DNA from: an uncultured delta proteobacterium
GTDB taxonomy: Bacteria > Desulfobacterota > Binatia > Binatales > Binataceae
Direction of reading: 5' to 3'
DNA length: 64,000 bases
Assembly: GCA_963724765.1 (NCBI GenBank)
Contig: CAVRVY010000003.1
Location: forward strand, 448,001-512,000
A program made the position numbers and the translations under genes. This document shows positions 1 through 11,408 of the stretch, piece after piece; within the stretch, counting starts at the first letter, position 1, and every line of letters starts with the position of its first letter. The notes beneath the pieces were generated by a model. The model ran no database searches. It was not told where the DNA came from and saw only the letters and a program-made list of their open reading frames with translations.

Positions 1-406
1 AACATAAGAGGCCTTTTTGGCGTATCTCGCTCGAGCCTCGAGCCACCGCGATGCGCTAGTGGACGCAGGAACTGGGCAGGGTGGCCAATGCCACGGAAGA
101 CCTGAAGGACGACAACGGCGGTTGCGGCTCGAACTTCAGCGTCCACCGGGATTCAGCCACCACATCTTCGGCATCGGTTGCAGCCGTATCTTCGGCGTTG
201 ACCCGCCACTCTTCTGTATTCTCCAGAGCAGTTTAGTGGTGCTTCAAGCCAGTTCCTCTTGTCCAATACGCGAAAAAAATTCCAAGCGGTTCTCTCCTCT
301 GCTCCGTGGATGTCTTAAAGCGTCTTTTCCTAGATAACTTCTGCCATAACGCTCTTATTGGCTTGGTCTGTGAGACCATGATAAACCGTGCGCGAGGTCG
401 GCTTGC

Positions 407-706
407 ATGGCGCAGCAGCAAAAACCACCCGGAATGCCGCAAAGAAAGTGGCGTGAAATCCTGTGGACCCAGGGGATGTTTGACCACGAAGAGGCGGTGC
501 GTGAAATCAACAAGCACTGGAAAGAACCGCGCGTGTGTTCGGTATGCCATCAGAACAACTGGGCGGTCAGCCCGGAGATCGTGCGCCTGTGGACCACGCG
601 AATGAAGAATGCTTACCCGTGCGTCAACATGGTGTGCCAGAGTTGCGGTCACACGATGCTGTTCAATGCCACGGTTTTAAATCTGCTGCCTGAGGGCAAA
701 AGCTGA
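407..706 (+). CDS. Small hypothetical protein with Zn-ribbon-like CxxC...CxxC
   Basis: 99-aa ORF with CSVC and CQSC motifs followed by GHTMLFNA; lower-GC context. Confidence 0.6.
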   Translation: MAQQQKPPGMPQRKWREILWTQGMFDHEEAVREINKHWKEPRVCSVCHQNNWAVSPEIVRLWTTRMKNAYPCVNMVCQSCGHTMLFNATVLNLLPEGKS

Positions 707-725
707 GCGAGTATACTGGGCGCGT

Positions 726-1523
726 ATGGAACGGACACGCATCAATGGAGTTGAACTTGCTTACGCGATACACGGAAACGGCGCGCCGCTGGTCATGATT
801 CATGGCGCGCAAGGCGATCAGAGCATGTTCGCCGATCTTGCCTCCGCATGCGCCGCCGAATTTCGCGTGCTCACCTTCGATCAGCGCGGCTCAGGGCTGA
901 GTGAGAAACCGGATATCGACTACAGCATCGCGATGCTCGCGGACGACACCGCCGCTTTGATCGACCACGTGGGCTTTGCCCCGGCGCATATCATCGGGGT
1001 CTCGATGGGCGGAATGATCGCTCAGGAGTTGGCGCTGCGTCATCCAGGAAAGGTTCGCACATTGGTTCTGGGATGCACCACGCCCGGCGGGCCACACGAG
1101 ATTCGCGCTGAAGGGAACGCGCTCGGCGCCGCGTATTCGCTCCAGCCGATGTCGGCCGAGGAGCGCGGCACGGCGCTGGCGCAAGCGGTATACAGCAAGG
1201 GCCATCTGGCGCGGCATCCGGAGATCATCGCAGCGATGATCGAAGCGCGCCGTCGCCGGCCAATCGATCCGGTTGCGCTGGGCCATCGGATGAAAGCGCT
1301 ATCTGAGCATGACACCTACGATCGGCTGCCAAATATCAGTTGTCCGACGCTGGTAATTACCGGCAAAGACGACGCGCTGATCTCATGGGAAAACTCGCGC
1401 GTCCTTGCGGAGCGCATCCCGGGGGCCAGGCTCGAGATCCTCGATCCCGCCGGACATTGCTTCTGGCTGGAGCGCCCGGAGGAATCGCGCGCCACGATCA
1501 TGCGCTTTCTGCATAGTGTGTGA
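726..1523 (+). CDS. Alpha/beta-fold hydrolase (enol-lactonase/MhpC-like)
   Basis: HG oxyanion motif, DQRGSG, GVSMGG nucleophile elbow, GKDD and AGH triad motifs. Confidence 0.9.
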   Translation: MERTRINGVELAYAIHGNGAPLVMIHGAQGDQSMFADLASACAAEFRVLTFDQRGSGLSEKPDIDYSIAMLADDTAALIDHVGFAPAHIIGVSMGGMIAQELALRHPGKVRTLVLGCTTPGGPHEIRAEGNALGAAYSLQPMSAEERGTALAQAVYSKGHLARHPEIIAAMIEARRRRPIDPVALGHRMKALSEHDTYDRLPNISCPTLVITGKDDALISWENSRVLAERIPGARLEILDPAGHCFWLERPEESRATIMRFLHSV

Positions 1524-1599
1524 TCTTTAGCTCCTTCCCTCTCAGTTTTTAGGAGAGCCGAGCTACTGAATAGTACGCTTCCAATATGTACTAGCTATT

Positions 1600-1690
1600 T
1601 TTAACTCCCTCCCCCTCAGTTTGGGAGAGGGCGCGGGGTGGGGGTCGAGCGAGGAAGCGCCGGATGTCCTTTATTCCGGCGCTTCCTCGT
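1600..1690. repeat. REP-like palindromic element, copy of a dispersed repeat
   Basis: 15-bp perfect inverted repeat 1650-1664/1675-1689; 1640-1666 matches the reverse complement of 20634-20660 at 26/27. Confidence 0.7.
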
Positions 1691-1811
1691 CCGGTTTTTT
1701 CGCAATGCGCGTGCGGATGATGTCGAAAGAGACTGATTAGGGGCGGCGATAAGAGGGAGTTAAGAATAGCTAGTAGTCCGCGGCAGGCTAGCCGCGTATA
1801 TCGACTCCGGC

Positions 1812-1848
1812 AAAAACTCGGGGGGCCGGGCGTTAGCCCGGCCCCCCG
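1812..1848 (-). terminator. Intrinsic terminator
   Basis: 13-bp GC stem 1819-1831/1836-1848, 4-nt loop, T5 tract on minus strand. Confidence 0.65.
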
Positions 1849-1942
1849 CCGCTCCACATCCTCAACCCCGCCCCACACTTCTCAAGCGAGGCTGCTCCCC
1901 GCCGCTCACATCCGCGCCCTCCGCGCACCGCCCGCTCGATTC

Positions 1943-1967
1943 AAAAACCGACTCCTTCAAAGGAGTC
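1943..1967 (-). terminator. Possible intrinsic terminator downstream of nrdJ
   Basis: GACTCCT/AGGAGTC stem followed by T5 on minus strand. Confidence 0.5.
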
Positions 1968-2202
1968 TCAGCGCTCCCCGCCGCCGCCGCTTATCCCCCA
2001 CCAATTCATCCCGCCCGACTCGCTCCACCTTCGAACTTCGCCAATCGCCTTTTCAGCCTCCCCCTCACCTCTTACCGATCTGCCCTCGACTCCCGCGCAA
2101 CCCCCTCACCCTGAGCTTTTTCACCAACACTCGCGACGCTGCTCCGATGTCGCAGCTTGCTTCACCTGATAACCCTCGCGTCACCGGTCTCGCCCACGTG
2201 CA

Positions 2203-5064
<2,862 letters not shown>

Positions 5065-5154
5065 CGTCCACTCCTCCTCGTCAACCGCCCCGCTACCGCT
5101 CATCAATGGTAAGTTCGGAAGTTACTCCAGTGGGCGGCAGAGTCAAGAGCCCAA

Positions 5155-5299
5155 CCCCAATGGGTAGTATATTACAACCTGTGGACAACCCATAGGAGGG
5201 GTTGTGGATAATATCTGGCCAATTTTCGCCAATATAAGTGCAGCTAATTTAAATACGTAAAAGAATGAATCCTGGTTACGCCGCCGCGGCTGTGGAAAC
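5155..5299. promoter_or_regulatory. DnaA boxes (3, co-oriented) plus candidate NrdR box in the nrdJ/dciA divergent region
   Basis: TGTGGACAA 5180-5188, perfect TGTGGATAA 5203-5211, TGTGGAAAC 5291-5299; CCCCAATGGGTAGTAT 5155-5170 partly matches the NrdR consensus; AT-rich 5209-5272. Confidence 0.6.
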
Positions 5300-5382
5300 A
5301 TGATCATTTTGAGTCCCGTGCTCGTGCGACAAATCACCGTCCAACCATTGCACGGAGCCGGCGGAGGATTATCGTAAGCCCG

Positions 5383-5832
5383 ATGGCTGTACGGCGGCGC
5401 AGGGCTCCCGAGCCGATCGCGAGTACGCTCGGCTCGATCATCGACCGGCTCGATTCCGAGGGTCATTTTGCGATCGTGCGGCTGGTCCAGGCGTGGCCCG
5501 AAATCGTGGGCGAAACGATCGCGCGGCGCACCGAGGTGGTCGAATTGAAATTCCACACCGCCGTCGTAAAGGTCTCGGGCGCGATGTGGATACAGGAACT
5601 CAATCTGCTTAAGCCCGAGATTCTCGCGCGGCTCGCCGCGCGCGTGGGCGACGATGCGGTGCGCGACCTGCGCTTCGTGCAGGGACGATTGAGCCGCCGC
5701 CCCGCCCGCCCGCGGCTGCGTACGGTAGCGCGCGCGCCGCGGCGCGCGATCGAGTTGCCGGAGCTCAAGGACCCCGAACTGCGCCGCGCCTTCGAGAGCC
5801 TGATCGAGGCCTGGGGACGTGCTCCGCGCTAG
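5383..5832 (+). CDS. dciA: DUF721 / DciA family replicative helicase loader
   Basis: WPEIVGETIARRT...VKVSGAMWIQELNLLKPEILARL DUF721 signature with basic C-tail. Confidence 0.8.
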   Translation: MAVRRRRAPEPIASTLGSIIDRLDSEGHFAIVRLVQAWPEIVGETIARRTEVVELKFHTAVVKVSGAMWIQELNLLKPEILARLAARVGDDAVRDLRFVQGRLSRRPARPRLRTVARAPRRAIELPELKDPELRRAFESLIEAWGRAPR

Positions 5833-5973
5833 CATCGAGCCGAGCAGATTCGTAAGATACACAGGTCCTTAGCAGGTTTTGGTTTTGGGGGGCGGCCCGG
5901 TGGTTGTGCGGGGGCGCAACCGCACCGCAGTCGCAGCGAACTAACGCACCTGACCCGAGGGAGGGGACGAGGC

Positions 5974-6405
5974 ATGAAACGGATCGCTTCAATGTTGATC
6001 GGCGCGCTTTTCGTAGGAGCCGGCTTCGGTCTCACGATGGCGCAGGAAGGAGCCGCACCCGCACCCGCGGCTCCCGCAGCGGCGGCGCCCGCCGCGCCAG
6101 CACCGGCGGCGCCAGAAGCTGCTACCAGCGCGCCGGCGCCAGCCGCTGCTGGCGATCATGCGAACGAAGTCAAAGCTTTCCACCGTATGATCAAGATGCA
6201 TCATCGGCTGTGGCGGCGGCTGAAACAGAACCCCACGCTCGTCAAGGATGACACGTTCGTGGCGAAATATAGCGATCTGCAGCTCTACTTCAGCAAGTAC
6301 CAGGGCTCGAGGGATCGCTTCCTGGCCGATCCGGGCGCCTACTTGAAAATGTCTGAGAAGAAGGCCATGCATCGGGAAGAGACCCGGGGGACCGGCAACG
6401 AGTAG
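5974..6405 (+). CDS. Secreted hypothetical protein (Ala/Pro linker + small helical domain)
   Basis: GAGG RBS, signal peptide ending AQE, PAAPA linker; paralog of next gene. Confidence 0.75.
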   Translation: MKRIASMLIGALFVGAGFGLTMAQEGAAPAPAAPAAAAPAAPAPAAPEAATSAPAPAAAGDHANEVKAFHRMIKMHHRLWRRLKQNPTLVKDDTFVAKYSDLQLYFSKYQGSRDRFLADPGAYLKMSEKKAMHREETRGTGNE

Positions 6406-6728
6406 AAGGCTCTGGCGCGAGTGGGGCGGCGCATGAGGCTCGCTCCACTATTGCGTTTGCAACGGGGCCTTACGGGAAGCGAGTCGTCGCTCCGCGTTTA
6501 GTAATTCGGCGACTCGTCCCGCGATGCCCCTGGCGCAGACTTTACCGCATCCGATGCGTTTGCCGGCGCCCGCGAGCGGTGTAATAAAATAGTTAAAGTT
6601 TGCGGCTTTGACTTGTCGTGGTTGCGGGCCGGCTCCAATCAGACGGCCCGCGCTGAGGGAGAACGCTCCGCGCTCAGCGCTTTGCGCCGGCCGGACGTTT
6701 CTGGGCATACATCGAGCGTCAGGAGGTT

Positions 6729-7223
6729 ATGAACATGAGACGAGCCTTATCCGTAGCCGTCGCGATGCTGTTGGCGGGCGGTCTTTCGGCGCCGGCATTC
6801 GCGCAGGCGCCTGCGCAGGTCACTATCGGTCACGAGATGACCAACGAGGACCTCAACACGGCCGAGTTGGCGGCTTTCGATCAGGTCGCCACCTCCAACC
6901 TCAAGATGTCGCGCCAGCTTGCGGCCAACCCTCGTCTGGCCAACAACAACAAGTTTCTCAATCGATGGTCCGACCTGAATAATTTCTTCACCAAGTACCC
7001 CGGCTCCAAGGAACGCTTCCTGGAGGATCCGGGCAACTACCTCGCCCAGGTACACATGCATCACTTGGTGCGCGCGGAGCACAAGAAAAAGTCCGCTGCC
7101 GCGCCGGAGACCAAATCAGAAGCGCCGGCAACCGCGGCGCCTGCGCCGGGCGCGGAGGCTCCGGCGGCACCTGCGGCGCCGGAACCCGCGGCTCCGCCAG
7201 CCGCGCCGCCATCCAATCCGTAG
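6729..7223 (+). CDS. Secreted hypothetical protein, paralog of 5974-6405
   Basis: AGGAGG RBS, signal peptide ending AFA; FFTKYPGSKERFLEDPGNYL aligns with YFSKYQGSRDRFLADPGAYL. Confidence 0.8.
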   Translation: MNMRRALSVAVAMLLAGGLSAPAFAQAPAQVTIGHEMTNEDLNTAELAAFDQVATSNLKMSRQLAANPRLANNNKFLNRWSDLNNFFTKYPGSKERFLEDPGNYLAQVHMHHLVRAEHKKKSAAAPETKSEAPATAAPAPGAEAPAAPAAPEPAAPPAAPPSNP

Positions 7224-7267
7224 CGCGTAGTCCGTGGGCGCGTAGTCTATGGGCGCGTAGTCCGTGG
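7223..7267. repeat. Tandem repeat, 15 bp x3
   Basis: GCGCGTAGTCCGTGG / GCGCGTAGTCTATGG / GCGCGTAGTCCGTGG. Confidence 0.9.
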
Positions 7268-7294
7268 ACGCGCGACCCGTGACGGGCGGGCGGC

Positions 7295-7699
7295 TTACAT
7301 TTTTCGCGGCAACGAGAACTCCGGGAAAATCCCGCTCAGCTTGCGGCGCGCGCGATCGAAGGAGAAGTGATTGAAGGGCTTGACGATATAGTCGAGAGCG
7401 CCTTCGCCGACAAAGGTCGCGCGGACCTTTTCGTAGGGGATGGAGCTGGCGATAATGATCGCGGTGCAGGGCGCTTCTTTTTTGATCGTGTCAAACAGCT
7501 CGCGGCTGCCTATCCCTTGTGCCTCGGGCATCATCAGATCGAGAATGACCAGGTTTGGCGTGCGCTCGCGAAACAGGGTCAGGGCCCCGAGCGCATTTTC
7601 GGCCTCATCGATCGTTCTGATGCCATAAATCGCCAGATGATATCGAACGGCCTTGCGAACTACCGGTGAATCGTCAACGACCAGCGCGCGAACGGACAT
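7295..7699 (-). CDS. Single-domain response regulator (CheY-like)
   Basis: LVVDDS, ILDLMMPE, YIVKPF; GGGAGGAG RBS. Confidence 0.9.
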   Translation of the reverse strand: MSVRALVVDDSPVVRKAVRYHLAIYGIRTIDEAENALGALTLFRERTPNLVILDLMMPEAQGIGSRELFDTIKKEAPCTAIIIASSIPYEKVRATFVGEGALDYIVKPFNHFSFDRARRKLSGIFPEFSLPRKM

Positions 7700-7721
7700 C
7701 AAGCTCTCCTCCCTTCAGTTC

Positions 7722-7833
7722 CATGAGCATCTTCGCATGAGCATCTTCGATGAATCCCGCCGACTAATCCGCGGACTAGTTCGGGGACTAATCTGACGAC
7801 TAGCCTGAAGACTGGCCTGAACATCGGCTCGAA
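7722..7833. repeat. 14-bp x2 duplication followed by drifting 12-bp tandem array
   Basis: CATGAGCATCTTCG x2 (7722-7749); GACTAATCCGCG/GACTAGTTCGGG/GACTAATCTGAC/GACTAGCCTGAA/GACTGGCCTGAA (7762-7821). Confidence 0.75.
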
Positions 7834-7859
7834 CATTGATCCGCCGGGCCCGCCGTTCA

Positions 7860-10800
7860 TCAGATCGTCGCCGCCGCGCCCGCCCGCTCAAGCCGCTCGG
7901 GCAAGCCTGCGGCCTCATCGATAAGCTTCCTGGTGCGGAAGATCGTCTCTTCAATTTGCGGTCCCTGAGCGCTCATCTGCACACCCTCGCATAGCGCCCC
8001 GAAGCCGGCCGCGCCGAGCGTGAGCGAGGAACCCTTGAGTGCATGCGCCAACTTACGAATCGCTTCGATATCGCGAGTGGCGACCGCCGACTGAAGCGCC
8101 ACGACCCCTGCTGACAGTTCCGCGCGATATACTTCAACCATTTCCAGAAACAAGTCATCGGCCGGCCCGCTCGAAAGAGAACGCAGTTCCCTGATCGTCG
8201 ATAAATCGAAAGCGTCCGCCTCACGGCAATCGTGCTGAGGGCGATCGTGAGGTTCGGCCGCCGGCGGCGGCGCGGCCGCCGCCATCGCGGCGACAGGTTT
8301 GCCCGCGGATTCGCCGAACGCCCATCGATCCAGCATCGTGGCGAGCGGCAGTAACTTGACCGGCTTGGCGAGAAAGTCGTCCATGCCGGACGCCAGACAG
8401 CGCGCGCGCATGCTCGCCATCGCATGGGCGGTCATCGCGATTATGGTCGCGCGATGGCCGGATTTTTCTCGCCCTCTGATTTCGGCGGTGGCCGTATAAC
8501 CGTCCATACCCGGCATTTCGCAGTCCATCAGAATGATGTCGTGGTGCCTGAGCGCAACGGCCGCGAGTGCGCCATAGCCGTCGTTGGCGACCTCCGCCGT
8601 ATAGCCGAGCCTTTCCAACTGGGTCCTGGCGAGCGAGGAATTAACTAAATTGTCGTCGACCACCAGTACGCTGACGGCTTTGCGCGCGGCCGAGTTGTCT
8701 TCCCCGACCGTCGCGGACTTACCTTGCGCAACCGCTTGATTGGGGGCCGGCTGATTACCCTGCAAGAGCGCCATCAGGCAGTTGAGCAAGTGCGACAATC
8801 TGATCGGCTTGGAGATGGTGGCGTCCGCGCCGCCCGCACCAGGAGCCATCGCACCCGGGGCCAACGGACCAATTGCGAGTACCTTGATCCCGGCCAGCGC
8901 AGGGTCGCGCTTGATTGCATCGATCAGGGTCGGGCCGCCGACCTCGGCCAGTGTCGCGTCAACCAATGCCAGATGAAACGGCTCCCCTCTCGCCGTGGCC
9001 GCGCGCAGTTCCTTCAGTGCGCTGGCCGCAGTGTTCATCGACATATTGGAAATGCCCCACAGGGTAAGGTACTCGGATAGCGTCCGGCGATTGGTCGCGC
9101 TGGGCGTGACAACGATCGCACGCATCCCGGCAAAGCTGTCCTCTCCCAGTATCAGTTTGGTTGTGCCGGCCTGCGCGCTGTCGCGTTCCAGGCGTGCGGT
9201 GAAATGGAAGGTCGATCCCTTGGCCGATTCGCTCTCGAACCCAATCTCCCCGCCCATCTGTTTGACCAGGCTGGCGGCGATCACCAGGCCCAGGCCGGTG
9301 CCGCCGTATTTGCGCGCGGTCGAACTATCGGCCTGCACAAACGGCTGGAACAGCCGCCCCTGGACTTCGCGCGGAATCCCGATTCCGCTATCGCGCACCT
9401 CAAAGGAGAACAGCAGATCGTTATCGATCTCCTGCAGCTTCGCCACCGAAAGCGACACTTCGCCGTGGTGGGTGAATTTGACCGCATTGGAGAGCAGGTT
9501 GTTGAGAATCTGCCGCAGGCGGTTCGGATCGCCGCGCAGGTTTCCGGTTATCCCAGGGGCCACGAAAAGCGCTAGCTCGATCCCCTTGTGGGCGGCGGTC
9601 GCGACGAAGTCGTGGATGGTCTCCTCCACCAGATGGTCAAGCGAGAAACTGACCTCTTCGAGCACGACCTTCCCCGCGGCAAGCTTCGAGAAGTCGAGGA
9701 TGTCTTTGACGATGGTGAGTAGGAGCTCGCCGCTGGAACGGATCTGGTCCGCCTGCTGGTGCTGCACGGGCGAAAGATCGGATAGCAGCAGAAGTTCCGT
9801 CAGTCCGATGATCGCGTTGAGCGGGGTGCGCACCTCGTGGCTCATGCTGGTGAGAAATTCGGACCTCACGCGAACCGCCTCGAGCGCGAGATCGCGCGCC
9901 GCCTGCATCTCGGCCTGAGCGAGCTTGCCCTGGGTATTGTCGTGATAGGCGACCGCGAAGCCCGTCACCCGGCCCTCGGTGGGGCGAATGCCGCCCGCTG
10001 TCACCACAACCTCGATTACCGCGCCATCCTTGCGCATCCGCCTGGCCTCGGCGGTCTGCGTAGCGCGGCGATTTTGGCCCTTGGCCCCAAGGTCAATCAG
10101 CCGCGGTTCGCCCGCCGGCACCAGCAAGCCAGCCGACCTGCCAACGATCTCGGCGGCGGTGTAGCCGAAGAGCCGCTCCGCACCCGGATTCCAGCTAGTG
10201 ACGATGCCGTCATTAGTGATGGTCATCATGCCCTCGGGAACCGACTGAAAAATCGAACTGACCAGACTGGTTTGTTCGAGCAGAGCGGCGGTCCGCTCGG
10301 CCACCCGTTGCTCCAAAGTCGCGTTGAGCCTTTGCAGGTTCTCGCGACTGGACGCCAGATCCTCGGCGTTTTTGCTCGCGCGTACGGAAAGCCTGGTTGC
10401 GTGAAACCCGATAATCAACAACCAAAAGATCACCGCGCCACCGGTCACCGTCGCGGTCACGCTTCGCCTGTAGGCCATGCGCGCTACCTCGCTCCGCTGC
10501 GCCATGACCCGGTCTTCCTCAGCCGTCATCTCGTGCAGTCCCCGCGCCACATGCTCGAACCCGCTACGGAGCTCAGCCCCTTCGGGCTCTGCCGTGACTT
10601 GCGCGAGGCTACGAGTCAGGGCCAACTGCCTAATCTGCCGGCCTTCAATAACCAGCCGGTCGATTGTCCGGTCGACTTCGTCGACCAACCGCTGCTCCGC
10701 CGGATTGTCGCTGGTGAGCGTCCGCAGCGCGGCGGCCTGCTGTTGCAACCCGGAAAGATCGCGCAGGAGGCCGTCCAGCCGCTTTGAATCTCCACTGCGG

Positions 10801-11063
10801 TAGTAGTCCTGCGTGGCAGTGGCGCCGGAGAAAGTATCCGCTCTGGTCACTTCCAGCACGTCGAGCACGTTCTGCGTATGGGTTATCCAATCGCTTCGCT
10901 CGGCAAGAGCGTCCAGATCGCCGAACGCGGTCCATATAACGACCACGGCCGCGACCAGCGCCGCGGCGAAGCCGAACCAGATTAGTCTGGTGCTATCGCC
11001 GAGGGGGGGCAGCCATCCCGTAACGGCGGAGCGTATCTTTGCTGTGCTTCGCGGCTCGGCCAT
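7860..11063 (-). CDS. Hybrid sensor histidine kinase (CHASE3-PAS-HisKA-HATPase-REC-REC-Hpt)
   Basis: WITHTQNVL CHASE3, SWNPGAERLFGY PAS, MSHEVRTPLN H-box, N/G1/F/G2 boxes, ILMDCEMPGMDG, AHALKGSS Hpt. Confidence 0.93.
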   Translation of the reverse strand: MAEPRSTAKIRSAVTGWLPPLGDSTRLIWFGFAAALVAAVVVIWTAFGDLDALAERSDWITHTQNVLDVLEVTRADTFSGATATQDYYRSGDSKRLDGLLRDLSGLQQQAAALRTLTSDNPAEQRLVDEVDRTIDRLVIEGRQIRQLALTRSLAQVTAEPEGAELRSGFEHVARGLHEMTAEEDRVMAQRSEVARMAYRRSVTATVTGGAVIFWLLIIGFHATRLSVRASKNAEDLASSRENLQRLNATLEQRVAERTAALLEQTSLVSSIFQSVPEGMMTITNDGIVTSWNPGAERLFGYTAAEIVGRSAGLLVPAGEPRLIDLGAKGQNRRATQTAEARRMRKDGAVIEVVVTAGGIRPTEGRVTGFAVAYHDNTQGKLAQAEMQAARDLALEAVRVRSEFLTSMSHEVRTPLNAIIGLTELLLLSDLSPVQHQQADQIRSSGELLLTIVKDILDFSKLAAGKVVLEEVSFSLDHLVEETIHDFVATAAHKGIELALFVAPGITGNLRGDPNRLRQILNNLLSNAVKFTHHGEVSLSVAKLQEIDNDLLFSFEVRDSGIGIPREVQGRLFQPFVQADSSTARKYGGTGLGLVIAASLVKQMGGEIGFESESAKGSTFHFTARLERDSAQAGTTKLILGEDSFAGMRAIVVTPSATNRRTLSEYLTLWGISNMSMNTAASALKELRAATARGEPFHLALVDATLAEVGGPTLIDAIKRDPALAGIKVLAIGPLAPGAMAPGAGGADATISKPIRLSHLLNCLMALLQGNQPAPNQAVAQGKSATVGEDNSAARKAVSVLVVDDNLVNSSLARTQLERLGYTAEVANDGYGALAAVALRHHDIILMDCEMPGMDGYTATAEIRGREKSGHRATIIAMTAHAMASMRARCLASGMDDFLAKPVKLLPLATMLDRWAFGESAGKPVAAMAAAAPPPAAEPHDRPQHDCREADAFDLSTIRELRSLSSGPADDLFLEMVEVYRAELSAGVVALQSAVATRDIEAIRKLAHALKGSSLTLGAAGFGALCEGVQMSAQGPQIEETIFRTRKLIDEAAGLPERLERAGAAATI

Positions 11064-11408
11064 TTGGCTTCTTATCCGAGCAAGCCATGTGCCACGCGAT
11101 CGTTGGATTTGGGTTTCGCCAATATGGGCTTACAGAAACCAATTCGCGGAGAAATATTCCCGCCGCAGTCGAGCGCGGTCGCTTGGTGTCCCGCGTTCGA
11201 TACAGACGCCTCGCCAATTTCTCGCCGCAGTGGCTCAATCAAGAAAAAGCCGTTGGCTCAAGTCAAATGAAAATGTGTGGCTCTCTCTCAACACGACGTG
11301 GGTTTATGGCCTCCGCGCTCGTTCTTCATCCCATAAAAGAAGCCGAAACCGCGCCGGCCTGCGGTCGTATTCCCAAATTAGCTGGAGTAACCTCTGGCGA
11401 GGCGCTCG

